Source: Candidatus Electrothrix yaqonensis (lineage in GTDB: Bacteria > Desulfobacterota > Desulfobulbia > Desulfobulbales > Desulfobulbaceae). Taken from it: a DNA stretch of 32,000 nt. The stretch's first letter is position 1. Each line of letters starts with the position of its first letter. The DNA lies in NCBI GenBank assembly GCA_047651235.1, contig CP178758.1:3270001-3302000 (forward strand), in the 5' to 3' direction. The notes under the pieces were generated by a model, which searched no databases, was not told the origin of the DNA, and worked only from the letters and a program-made list of their open reading frames with translations. The translations under genes and the position numbers were made by a program. Below, piece by piece: positions 16,921-26,124 of this stretch.

Positions 16921-17754
16921 ATGACAACACCGATCGGGCTTATTGCCGGTGGCGGCCAGTTCCCCCTGCTTTTTACTGATGCTGCCCGGAAACAGGGCCG
17001 CAGGGTTCTTGCCGTCTGCCACCAGAACGAGACAGCGCCGGAACTGGAGCAGCAGGCGGATGTGGTCTGCTGGGTCAAACTGGGGCAGCTGGGGAGGATC
17101 ATCCGTTTTTTTCAAGATCAGGGAGTCAGTGAGGCTGTTTTCTGCGGTACCATCACCAAGACCAGGATGTTTCGGGATATCCTGCCGGATCTCAAGGGAC
17201 TGACCCTGTGGAATAAGATTGACCGGCGGCTGGATGACGCCATCCTCCGGGCAGTGGCTGAAACGCTTGAAGAGGAAGGGATCAGGGTGCTGGCCTCAAC
17301 CTGTTATCTTGAGGAACTGCTTTTCCCCAAAGGCGTACTCGGCAGAAAAAAGCCGTCTGCAGAGCAGCTGGCCGACATCCGTTTCGCCTGGCAGATTGCC
17401 CGTGAAATAGGACGGCTGGACATCGGCCAGTGTGTTGTGGTGCGGGATGGAGCGGTGCTGGCAGTCGAGGCCATTGAGGGAACTGATGCGGCCATCCGCC
17501 GGGGCGGAGAGCTGTCCGGTTCCGGGGCAGTTGCTGTCAAACTGAGGAAACCGGGGCAGGATTTCCGCTTTGATCTGCCTGCCACCGGCACAAAAACCAT
17601 CAAGACCCTAGCTACAGTCAGAGGTGCAGTGCTGGCGGTTGAGGCAGGCCAGTCCCTGCTTTTTGACCGGAAGGAGATGATTGCCGCTGCCGACCGCGCC
17701 GGGATTGTGGTTGTCGGGGTTGAGGAAGATGAAAGCGGAGAACTGAACCTTTAA
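16921..17754 (+). CDS. lpxI: UDP-2,3-diacylglucosamine diphosphatase, LpxI type (DUF1009)
   Basis: [15 protein letters not shown]-terminus and DIGQCVVV...AVEAIEGTD core, typical of LpxI. It lies immediately after lpxA. Confidence 0.8.
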   Translation: MTTPIGLIAGGGQFPLLFTDAARKQGRRVLAVCHQNETAPELEQQADVVCWVKLGQLGRIIRFFQDQGVSEAVFCGTITKTRMFRDILPDLKGLTLWNKIDRRLDDAILRAVAETLEEEGIRVLASTCYLEELLFPKGVLGRKKPSAEQLADIRFAWQIAREIGRLDIGQCVVVRDGAVLAVEAIEGTDAAIRRGGELSGSGAVAVKLRKPGQDFRFDLPATGTKTIKTLATVRGAVLAVEAGQSLLFDRKEMIAAADRAGIVVVGVEEDESGELNL

Positions 17755-17764
17755 CAAGGAAAAC

Positions 17765-19357
17765 ATGAAGAAAAAAAATATCGCCGTCATCGGCACCGGT
17801 TACTGGGGTAAAAATCTTGTCCGCAATTTTTATAACCTTGATGCGCTGCACACAGTCTGCGATACCAGAGAAGATATTGTCCGAAATTTTACAGAACAAT
17901 ATCCAGGTACTGCCGGGGTATATGCCTTCGCTGATGTCATAGAAAATGAGGATGTCCAGGGCGTCGTGCTGGCTACCCCGGCGGTCAGCCACGCAGCAAT
18001 GGCCAAAGAGGCCCTGCTGGCAGGCAAAGACGTGTACGTAGAAAAACCCCTCTGTCTGAGTGAAGAGGAAGGCGCAGAGCTGATCGATCTTGCTGATCAG
18101 CATGGCCGCATCCTCATGGTCGGCCATCTGCTCTGGTATCATGCAGCAGTGCTCCGGCTCAAGGAGCTGGTCGATACCGGAGCCTTGGGCAGGATTCAGT
18201 ACATCTATTCCAACCGGCTCAATCTCGGCAAGCTGCGGCGGGAGGAAAATGTACTCTGGTCCTTTGCGCCGCATGACATCTCCGTCACCCTCGGTCTGCT
18301 GGGAGAAATGCCGGAATCCATCCAGGCCCAAGGCGGCAATTATCTGCACAGCAGAATCGCCGACAGCACGGTCAGTCTGCTCAACTTTGCCAGCGGGGTA
18401 CGGGCCCATATCTTTGTTTCCTGGCTGCATCCCTTTAAGGAACAGAAGCTGGTGGTGGTGGGCGAGAAAAAGATGGCGGTCTTTGATGATACAGCGCCCT
18501 GGCCGGAAAAATTGGCTCTATATCCCCACTCTGTGGAATGGTCCGGCAATGTGCCGGTGGCACATAAGGCGGATGTGGAATATGTTGCGCTTGAGGAGAG
18601 CGAACCGCTGCGCGCGGAGTGTCAGGCATTTCTGGACGCCATGTCCACACGGAAGGCGCCGTACACCGACGGCCGCGAAGGATTGAATGTCCTCAAGGTG
18701 CTGAACCGCTGCCAGCAGGCCCTTGAAAGCGGAACAGCCGTGCCAGTTGAGCAGCAGGGGGCTGGAGTTAATCGAGTGAACTATCAGGCCCATCCCAGTG
18801 CGGTAATCGATAACGATGTTATCATCGGGGGAAAAACTAAAGTCTGGCATTTCAGCCATATTTTATCCGGTTCCCGCATCGGCCCGGAATGCAGCATCGG
18901 CCAGAATGCGGTCATCGGCCCCAATGTCCAGGTAGGCAGGGGCTGCAAGATCCAGAATAATGTTTCTGTCTATGACGGCGTGACCTTGGAGGATTATGTG
19001 TTCTGCGGGCCGTCGATGGTATTCACTAATGTCTACAATCCCCGCTGCGAATTCCCCAGAAAAGAGGAATACCGGCAGACCCTGGTAAGACAGGGAGCCA
19101 CTCTGGGCGCCAACTGCACCATCGTCTGCGGCATCAGCATCGGCAGATACGCCTTTATTGGAGCCGGAGCTGTGGTGAAAAACAATGTCCCTGACTTTGC
19201 CCTGATGGTCGGCAGCCCGGCCCGACAGATCGGTTGGATGAGCCGCTTCGGCGAACAGCTTGACCTGCCGCTCACCGGCACAGGCGAGGTAACCTGTCCG
19301 CATACCGGGGAGCGCTACCGGCTGGAGGAGGGTAGAGTGCGTATTCTTGGGTCTTGA
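17765..19357 (+). CDS. Fusion protein: Gfo/Idh/MocA sugar-nucleotide dehydrogenase (WbpB/GnnA-like) + hexapeptide N-acetyltransferase (WbpD/WlbB-like)
   Basis: N-terminus has [14 protein letters not shown] Rossmann and EKP motifs. From about nt 18782 the text reads WHFSHI...[32 protein letters not shown]...GANCTIVCG...[10 protein letters not shown], typical of WbpD/WlbB. It is a single uninterrupted 530-codon frame. Confidence 0.85.
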   Translation: MKKKNIAVIGTGYWGKNLVRNFYNLDALHTVCDTREDIVRNFTEQYPGTAGVYAFADVIENEDVQGVVLATPAVSHAAMAKEALLAGKDVYVEKPLCLSEEEGAELIDLADQHGRILMVGHLLWYHAAVLRLKELVDTGALGRIQYIYSNRLNLGKLRREENVLWSFAPHDISVTLGLLGEMPESIQAQGGNYLHSRIADSTVSLLNFASGVRAHIFVSWLHPFKEQKLVVVGEKKMAVFDDTAPWPEKLALYPHSVEWSGNVPVAHKADVEYVALEESEPLRAECQAFLDAMSTRKAPYTDGREGLNVLKVLNRCQQALESGTAVPVEQQGAGVNRVNYQAHPSAVIDNDVIIGGKTKVWHFSHILSGSRIGPECSIGQNAVIGPNVQVGRGCKIQNNVSVYDGVTLEDYVFCGPSMVFTNVYNPRCEFPRKEEYRQTLVRQGATLGANCTIVCGISIGRYAFIGAGAVVKNNVPDFALMVGSPARQIGWMSRFGEQLDLPLTGTGEVTCPHTGERYRLEEGRVRILGS

Positions 19358-19366
19358 CAGGTACCA

Positions 19367-20581
19367 ATGGACACCCGGCAACCGCTCAAGATCCTGCTGC
19401 TGACCACCTCCTTCCCGCTGACCAGGGAATCACGGAGCGGAATTTTTGTCCGCACAATGATTGAGCATCTGCCGGATAAGGTGCAGGTAACAGTGCTTAC
19501 CCCGGATGACAGCAGCACAGAACAACCCGATCTACCGGGGAAATACTCGCTTGTCCCTTTCCGGTATGCCCCGAAAAAATGGCAGCAGCTTGCCCACGGT
19601 TCCGGCGGAATCGTGGCAGCCCTTTCCCGCAACAAATTCCTCCTGTTCCTGCTTCCTCCGTTTTTGTTTTCCTGCCTGCTGACCTGCTGCCGGGAGACCC
19701 GCAGAGCAGATGTCCTCCATGCCAACTGGTCAATCAACGGCGTGATTGCCGGAATTGCCGGGCTGCTCTTCCGTAGACCTGTCATTACCACCCTGCGGGG
19801 CAGTGATGTCAATCTGACGGCAAAATCCGGCCTGATGCGGCAGCTCGTCCGTTTCTGCCTCATCTGCAGCAGGCATATTGTCACGGTCAGTCCTTCCCTG
19901 AAAGCAACGCTCGTTAAACAGTTTCCCCAATACAGCAGCAAGATCAGCGTGGTTGCTAACGGCATTGATCAGGCTTTCTTCTCTGCCGGGGAGAAAAAAG
20001 AGAGTCCTGAAAGAAAGGCGATCCGCTTCCTGTACGCTGGCAACCTGGTGCCCGGGAAAGGGGTACACTGCATTCTGGAGGCTGCTGCCTCTCTTGCTGC
20101 GCCTGCTGCGAATAACTGGCTGCTGGATATCGTCGGTGACGGACCGGAACGGGACAAGCTGGAGGCGTATTGTCAGAAGAACAGGCTGGAAAACAAAGTG
20201 ATCTTTCATGGCTCAGTCGCACCGGAAGAAGTGCCGCAGTTCATGGCCAGGGCAGATGTTTTTGTCTTTGCCAGCTTTGCCGAGGGCAGACCCAATGCGG
20301 TGCTGGAGGCCATGGCCTCTGGGCTGCCGGTGATTGTCGGGGCAATTCCGGCAGTGCTTGAGCTTATTGAAAACGGTGAACAAGGCCTGCTCTTTTCGCC
20401 CGGCGATGCCGGAATATTGGCAGAACATATGCTTTTTCTGATCAACTCTCCGGCAGAGCGGCGCAAGATGGGCAGGAAGGCAAGAGAGGCCATCAGGGCA
20501 ATGGGACTGAGCTGGCAGGAGGCAGCCCGGCAGTATGCGGAAATCTATATGGAAGTAACTCGACAATCATCCAGCTTGTGA
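19367..20581 (+). CDS. Glycosyltransferase, GT4 family
   Basis: KILLLTTSFP N-terminus, and C-terminal FVFASFAEGRPNAVLEAMASGLPVIV (the E-x7-E region). Confidence 0.85.
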   Translation: MDTRQPLKILLLTTSFPLTRESRSGIFVRTMIEHLPDKVQVTVLTPDDSSTEQPDLPGKYSLVPFRYAPKKWQQLAHGSGGIVAALSRNKFLLFLLPPFLFSCLLTCCRETRRADVLHANWSINGVIAGIAGLLFRRPVITTLRGSDVNLTAKSGLMRQLVRFCLICSRHIVTVSPSLKATLVKQFPQYSSKISVVANGIDQAFFSAGEKKESPERKAIRFLYAGNLVPGKGVHCILEAAASLAAPAANNWLLDIVGDGPERDKLEAYCQKNRLENKVIFHGSVAPEEVPQFMARADVFVFASFAEGRPNAVLEAMASGLPVIVGAIPAVLELIENGEQGLLFSPGDAGILAEHMLFLINSPAERRKMGRKAREAIRAMGLSWQEAARQYAEIYMEVTRQSSSL

Positions 20582-20610
20582 CTACTTTTTTCAGAAAAGG
20601 AGCGAAAAAC

Positions 20611-20988
20611 ATGAAATGTTTAATCGTACTGGTGTGCATCCTGATTCCACATTTTGTTTTGGCCGATTCCAATTGCGATCATCCCAGAAATGATTTTGAC
20701 GGGCTGTATTGTCTGAACAAAATTTATATTCAGGCAGATAAAGACCTTAATCAGAGCTATTCTGAGCTGAAGTCACTTCTGGATGAACAGGGCAGGAAGC
20801 TGCTGAAAAAAGGGCAGCTCGCCTGGATTGAGGCCAGAGATGCTAACTGCAGCTATCGGGATGCCGGAAATGGATTTTTTGTAAACTTGGACTGCGCGAC
20901 AAAAACGACCATAGAAAGAACCCAATTTCTTCTGGACCGCAAGCGTGAGTGCGTCAGCAGCGGATGCCTGAACAGCAGGTTGAAATGA
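20611..20988 (+). CDS. Secreted DUF1311 (LprI-like) protein
   Basis: ORF trimmed to ATG 20611 after AAGGAG. Signal peptide MKCLIVLVCILIPHFVLA. The pattern C...YCLNKIYIQADKDLNQSY...QLAWIEARDANC matches DUF1311. Confidence 0.75.
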   Translation: MKCLIVLVCILIPHFVLADSNCDHPRNDFDGLYCLNKIYIQADKDLNQSYSELKSLLDEQGRKLLKKGQLAWIEARDANCSYRDAGNGFFVNLDCATKTTIERTQFLLDRKRECVSSGCLNSRLK

Positions 20989-21243
20989 AGGAAAACTGGA
21001 ATGGGGACGGCACGTCGGAAAGATAAGAACTGTAATTCTACAGGAGAGGTCGGGACAGGTTTCAAAGCGGGCATTTTCTGTATTGGCAACGGGGAATGTT
21101 CAGAGTATAGTCTTTATATTCTTGTCTTTCCTGAATGTTATCGACAGAACAATCAATTCTTGAAAAAATTTACCTCCTGATTGCTGTCTGATCTGATAGC
21201 CGGGCCTGCAGTTTCATCTCTCTACTCTATTCGGGAGGATGCT

Positions 21244-22119
21244 ATGAAATATATATCTATCCTTTTTATCTGGTTATTCTTTATGCCTCTGCTGAGCAGC
21301 TGCGGTGCCGACCAAGAACGTGAGGTTGTAACGCAGGTTGATTTCAAGCAGGTACTCTGGTTTGCCGAACGGGCTCATGCGGCCTACAAAACGGAAGCAG
21401 ACATCAGAAAACTGCTCCCGAAGACTGTGCGGGTTATCCCTGATGTTGCCGATACAGAGGTCAGTTATTTTCTGGAACAGGATGACACCACAAAGCAGCA
21501 GCTTATTGCGGTCCGGGGAACAGCAAATTTGGAGAATGCCAGAGAGGATGCTGAGTATGTACCTTCAAAAAACAAGCATCTCGGTATCTATGTACATCAA
21601 GGCTTTGACAGCGATGCGGTCAAAATCTATAACGATGTGCTGCCTTATCTGAAAAAAGATTATCAGACAGCGGTTACCGGACATTCCTTGGGTGGAGCCG
21701 TTGCCGCTCTGCTCATGATGTATCTGCACGAAGACGGCTTTCCCCTTGTCCGGTCCATCAATTTCGGGCAGCCCAAGGTGACCAACAGCACAGGGGTAAA
21801 AGAGTATGCCTTTCTTCCCCTGACCCGTGTTGTTGACGAAAACGACGTGGTTCCCCAGCTGCCGCCGGTCACCCTGCTGGACTCTCTCCATGGCATCTAT
21901 GAACATCTCGGTGACGAGGTTGTTCTGCTCAAGGATGAGTTCTACGCCTATCTTGCCCGCCATCAGGCACAGGAGAAATCCGTGGCCAGTTTCTGGAAAA
22001 ACCTCGGACAGGAAGACATTCCCGATCATTTTATGGCCTCCTATCTGAAAAACATTCAGAACAAGATTTCCCATGCTGTGCAGGTTCCGTACAGTGAGCG
22101 GGGAAAGTATCTCCGATAA
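21244..22119 (+). CDS. Class-3 (fungal-type) lipase family lipoprotein
   Basis: ORF trimmed to ATG 21244 after GGGAGGA. Lipobox LLSSC. Nucleophile motif VTGHSLGGAVAALL. Confidence 0.85.
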   Translation: MKYISILFIWLFFMPLLSSCGADQEREVVTQVDFKQVLWFAERAHAAYKTEADIRKLLPKTVRVIPDVADTEVSYFLEQDDTTKQQLIAVRGTANLENAREDAEYVPSKNKHLGIYVHQGFDSDAVKIYNDVLPYLKKDYQTAVTGHSLGGAVAALLMMYLHEDGFPLVRSINFGQPKVTNSTGVKEYAFLPLTRVVDENDVVPQLPPVTLLDSLHGIYEHLGDEVVLLKDEFYAYLARHQAQEKSVASFWKNLGQEDIPDHFMASYLKNIQNKISHAVQVPYSERGKYLR

Positions 22120-22188
22120 TTACAGTAAGCGTAAGCACCTGTTGCCTACACAGACTTTAACACGATAATTGCAACTGGAGTAACGACT

Positions 22189-23478
22189 ATGAGCGATCTG
22201 AAAAAGATGTACACAACCATCCTTGGGGATTCCTTCCCGATGGAGATGACCCTTTCCTTTGGTGACCAGACTCTGGTCTATCGTAAGCGGACTTGGGCTA
22301 TCCCCACGGACGACGGCGGAGTGGATGAGCGCGGCCTGCGCTACGGCGAAAATCCAGATCAGGAAGCAGCCCTGTATGAGCTGGTCAACGGCAACCTAGC
22401 CCTTGGCGACTGCAAGTTTATCGAGCCGGGCAATTCCTTGGTCAGCGGCATCAAGGTGGAGGATATGCTGCAGGTGGGCAAACATCCGGGCAAGATCAAC
22501 CTCACCGATGTGGACAACGGTCTGAACATCATCAAGTATCTAGTGGATAAACCGGCAGCCGTCATTCTCAAGCATAACAATCCCTGTGGGGCCGCTGTGG
22601 GCAGCAGTCTGGCTGATGCCTATAATAAGGCCGACCGGGCCGACCGGATTGCCGCCTTTGGTGGAGCCGTCATCACCAGCCGGGCTCTCGATAAGGAAAC
22701 AGCAGAGCTGATGAGCCAGAACTACCTGGAAGTGGTCTGTGCGCCGGAGTTTGAGGACGGCAGCTTGGAGATCTTGGCCAAAGCCAAGAACCTGCGGGTT
22801 ATCCGTATGGACGGCATCAACCGGCTGGCTGATTTCGAAAAATATCGATATGTTGATTTCAAATCCCTGATCGACGGCGGCATAATTGTTCAGCAGTCTG
22901 CGGTAAACTCCATTCGTTCTGCTGCTGACCTGAAACCGGCCACCGCCACCTGGAAAGGGCAGGACTATGCCTGCGAGCGTCAGCCCACGCAGCAGGAGCT
23001 GGACGATATGATCTTCGGCTGGGCAGTCGAGCATGGGGTGACCTCCAACTCGGTGATCTACGTCAAGGACGGCTGCACCACCGGTATCGGCACCGGCGAG
23101 CAGGACCGGGTAGGCGTGGCGGAAATCGCCATCCACAAGGCATACGTAAAATATGCCGATATCACCTGCTTTGATCAGTTCGGTATACCCTATGCCGATC
23201 TGGCGCTGGAAGTGGAGCAGGGCAGGCGGGATGCGGCTGATAAGGAAGCCATCGATACCAAGGTAAAAGAGGATCGCGCTGGCCTGCCCGGTTCAGTGAT
23301 GATCTCGGACGCCTTCTTTCCGTTCCGGGATGCGGCTGATGTGGGTATCCGCGAAGGTATTACCGCCATCCTCCAGGCCGGGGGATCCATGCGGGATTAC
23401 GCTTCCATCGAGGCCTGCAACGAGGCTGATCCGCAAGTAGCTATGATGTTCACCGGCCAGCGGTCGTTTAAGCATTAA
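22189..23478 (+). CDS. purH: AICAR formyltransferase (PurH C-terminal AICARFT domain only; no MGS-like IMP cyclohydrolase domain)
   Basis: LRYGENPDQEAALY and ILKHNNPCGAA motifs. The first ~45 aa replace the ~200-aa IMPCH domain of bifunctional PurH. Confidence 0.8.
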   Translation: MSDLKKMYTTILGDSFPMEMTLSFGDQTLVYRKRTWAIPTDDGGVDERGLRYGENPDQEAALYELVNGNLALGDCKFIEPGNSLVSGIKVEDMLQVGKHPGKINLTDVDNGLNIIKYLVDKPAAVILKHNNPCGAAVGSSLADAYNKADRADRIAAFGGAVITSRALDKETAELMSQNYLEVVCAPEFEDGSLEILAKAKNLRVIRMDGINRLADFEKYRYVDFKSLIDGGIIVQQSAVNSIRSAADLKPATATWKGQDYACERQPTQQELDDMIFGWAVEHGVTSNSVIYVKDGCTTGIGTGEQDRVGVAEIAIHKAYVKYADITCFDQFGIPYADLALEVEQGRRDAADKEAIDTKVKEDRAGLPGSVMISDAFFPFRDAADVGIREGITAILQAGGSMRDYASIEACNEADPQVAMMFTGQRSFKH

Positions 23479-23490
23479 GCAGAACGGTCC

Positions 23491-23519
23491 GTAGGGTCAA
23501 CGGCGCGCCGTGACCCTAC
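23491..23519 (+). terminator. GC-rich near-perfect palindromic hairpin after purH (no U-tract)
   Basis: gtagggtca (23491-23499) pairs with tgaccctac (23511-23519). The inner palindrome is cggcgcgccg. It begins 13 nt after the stop. Confidence 0.35.
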
Positions 23520-23549
23520 CCATCATTGCATATAAAAGGAGAAAGAGAT

Positions 23550-24212
23550 ATGGACGCCATTGAATGCATTACCAACCGGCGCAGTATCCGCGCCTTCCAG
23601 GACACCCCGGTTCCCGAAGAACTGCTGACAAAGATTATTGAAACGGCCAGATGGAGCCCTTCCTATAAAAACTCCCAGCCCTGGCAGGTGATGGTGGTTT
23701 CCGGGGCAAAAAAAGAGGGCCTGACCAAGATGATGATCGAGCGGCTGGAAAGCGGGGCCGCGCCCTGCCCGGACCTGCCTGCGCCGCAGTCCTGGCCGGC
23801 AGCCGAGCAGGCCCGCATAGATTATCTGATGGCGAAACGGAAGGAACTCACCGGCATGGACCTGAGTGATCCTGCGGTGATCGCCAAGGCGAAAAAAGCA
23901 AATTTCGCCTTCTATGGCGCGCCTCATGCCATCTACCTTTTTCAGGACAGCTCGCTCTCCTCGTGGTCCCTGTTCGACCTCGGCCTGTTTGCCCAGACCC
24001 TGATGCTGGCTGCCCATGCTGAGGGGCTCGGTACGGTGCCGCAGGGCTTTGCCACAGACTATGCCCAGGATATAAAGAAATACCTCGGTATTCCGCCGGA
24101 GCAACGGCTGGTGATCGGCCTTTCCATCGGATATCCGAATATGGAGGCCCCGGCCAACAGCTACCGCACCAAACGCAGCTCGGTGGAGGAAATCGCCACC
24201 TTTGTGGAATAA
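23550..24212 (+). CDS. Nitroreductase-family flavoprotein
   Basis: ATG 23550 follows AAAGGAGAAAGAG. ITNRRSIRAFQDTPVPEELL...ARWSPSYKNSQPW is typical of the family. Confidence 0.9.
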   Translation: MDAIECITNRRSIRAFQDTPVPEELLTKIIETARWSPSYKNSQPWQVMVVSGAKKEGLTKMMIERLESGAAPCPDLPAPQSWPAAEQARIDYLMAKRKELTGMDLSDPAVIAKAKKANFAFYGAPHAIYLFQDSSLSSWSLFDLGLFAQTLMLAAHAEGLGTVPQGFATDYAQDIKKYLGIPPEQRLVIGLSIGYPNMEAPANSYRTKRSSVEEIATFVE

Positions 24213-24334
24213 GGGCCCGGCACCCGCTCTGTTTAAAACAATCTGCCTTGGGGCGAAGCCCGGTCTTCGTCCGGAACACGCAGGGCCGGTTCAGAAGATC
24301 GGGACTGTAACATCAATGAAGTAATCTTCCGCGA

Positions 24335-24637
24335 TCAGGGACACAGTCTGCTGCAGTCATTTTTGATGTACAGGGGTTCTCCTGCTGATTCACAGGGGCT
24401 GCTGCAGTTGATCTCGACGTTGCAGTTTACAGGTTCTGTTACAGAATTTTTAGGCGATGTTTTTGGGTTGGATTTTCTGTTCTTTTTTTTGTCGCTATAT
24501 ATGATTGCTATCATTATCAATAGAATAACAACTACAAATATTCTCAATTTTGCATCTACGTTTTCACGGGTCGGCAGTACGCTTGATATGTAACCAATTA
24601 AGATCGGCAGAATAATTGCGATTATTAAAAGCCACAT
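24335..24637 (-). CDS. Possible small two-TM protein with a Lys-rich linker and Cys-rich tail
   Basis: 100-aa ORF in a very AT-rich islet. Two hydrophobic helices, then KKKNRKSNPKTSPK, then C-x-x-x-x-x-C-x-x-x-C...C...C. No SD. The AT-rich background inflates hydrophobic ORFs. Confidence 0.35.
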   Translation of the reverse strand: MWLLIIAIILPILIGYISSVLPTRENVDAKLRIFVVVILLIMIAIIYSDKKKNRKSNPKTSPKNSVTEPVNCNVEINCSSPCESAGEPLYIKNDCSRLCP

Positions 24638-24846
24638 TATTTTTTATAGCGCAATCTGTATTGAGATGATGATGGCTTTTCCGGTAATGAGCCCAACGTA
24701 CCAGAAAAGCGTATGTGCCGAGTGCCCCTGATTCGGAAATCATCACCTCGTTGCAGGATTTACCGGCTGCTTCACATCCTGTATCCTTAACCCGAATAGT
24801 ACATCTGTGAGTGAATATTTTCAACTGATAATGAAGAAGTTTAACA

Positions 24847-25935
24847 ATGAAACGAACAAGAGAATCACTGAGTTATCCTTCAGAGAAAACAGGACTTCCG
24901 CCCGGGTCATTTGTCCATGTGGGTGATGTCTGCCAGTTGGAAAGCGTGGTCCGGGCGGTTGCGTACAACCGGGACGCGATTGAGCAGACAAGGATCGGGC
25001 TGCCGGAGCAGCTGGCCGGATTCAATGACAGCGATACCGTGACCTGGGTCATCGTCGAAGGGCTGACCGATGCTGATCTGATAGGAAAGATCGGGACAAT
25101 GGCCGGGATCCATCCCCTGGTTGTCGAAGATATTCTCACTGCGCATCAGCGGCCGAAATTCGAAGAATACGATCAGTATCTGTTCATTGTGATCAGCAAT
25201 CTGCTCGTGGCGACTGATGAGGAAACAGAAGAGTTTGAGGTGGAAAGGGAGCAGATCAGCCTGCTGGTTTTCGGCAATGCCGTGTTTGTTTTCCGGGAAA
25301 AGACAGATGATCTGTTTCAGCCGCTCCTCCGGCGCATTCAGACCGGACGGGGAAAAATACGAAGCATGGGGGCGGATTATCTTGCCTATGCCATCATCGA
25401 TATCATCGTGGATCAGCTTTTTTTTCTGACCGATGCTGCGGATGACACCATTACGCAGCTTGAAGACAGCCTGCTTGTTGCTGAACCGCCCGGAGATACC
25501 CCGATCACCATTCAGCAGCTCAACCGGGAGGTTGTTTTTATCAAAAAACATATCGGCCCGATCAAAGAATTAATCCGCGCAGTCCTGCGCTGCGACTCGG
25601 ACCTGATTCAGGAGCGGACAAAGATATATTTCAAGGATGTTTCAGATCATGCCCTGCGGGTGAGCGAATCTGTTGATTCGTACAGGGAAATTCTTGCCGG
25701 GCTGTCATCGCTCTATATTTCCGGTCTCAGCAACCGGATGAATGAGGTGATGAAGGTACTGACGGTCTTTGCCTCGATTTTCATCCCGTTGACCTTTCTT
25801 GCCGGGATTTACGGTATGAATTTCAAGTATATGCCAGAACTTTCCTGGAAGTGGGCCTATCCGGCGTTATGGCTCCTGTTTCTGCTCATTCCGGCCTGTC
25901 TGCTGCTGTATTTCAGGAAAAAGAAATGGCTCTGA
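24847..25935 (+). CDS. corA: Magnesium/cobalt transporter CorA
   Basis: YGMNF signature (GIYGMNFKYMPEL) between two C-terminal TM helices, with a typical cytoplasmic funnel domain. Confidence 0.95.
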   Translation: MKRTRESLSYPSEKTGLPPGSFVHVGDVCQLESVVRAVAYNRDAIEQTRIGLPEQLAGFNDSDTVTWVIVEGLTDADLIGKIGTMAGIHPLVVEDILTAHQRPKFEEYDQYLFIVISNLLVATDEETEEFEVEREQISLLVFGNAVFVFREKTDDLFQPLLRRIQTGRGKIRSMGADYLAYAIIDIIVDQLFFLTDAADDTITQLEDSLLVAEPPGDTPITIQQLNREVVFIKKHIGPIKELIRAVLRCDSDLIQERTKIYFKDVSDHALRVSESVDSYREILAGLSSLYISGLSNRMNEVMKVLTVFASIFIPLTFLAGIYGMNFKYMPELSWKWAYPALWLLFLLIPACLLLYFRKKKWL

Positions 25936-26124
25936 CAAGGCCGCCGGAGCAGCTTAAGTTTTTTATACAGGGAGTATAATTTTTTTTATTCCTTTACACG
26001 ATGTTTTCCTGTGTGATATGTATTTATCAGGTAACCCTGCATTTTTTCGTCTCCGCACAGTACCGGAGGAATCTCCGGCCCGCCTGTGCAGGAGATTCCT
26101 GAAAAGTCTACAGTGGAACGTCCG

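Noticed and set aside
16144-17115. 323-aa minus-strand ORF across lpxA/lpxI
   Set aside because: It is antisense to two well-supported genes and His/Pro/Gly-rich, with no motifs.
17618-19965. Minus-strand ORFs of 270, 172 and 216 aa (17618-18430, 18863-19381, 19315-19965)
   Set aside because: They are antisense to the dehydrogenase/acetyltransferase fusion and the GT4 gene, and have no supporting motifs or SDs.
24564-24824. 86-aa minus-strand ORF (TTG start) in the AT-rich islet
   Set aside because: It has a non-ATG start and no SD, overlaps the more coherent two-TM ORF out of frame, and has no recognisable features.
24907-25551. 214-aa minus-strand ORF inside corA
   Set aside because: It is antisense to a corA frame carrying the YGMNF signature.
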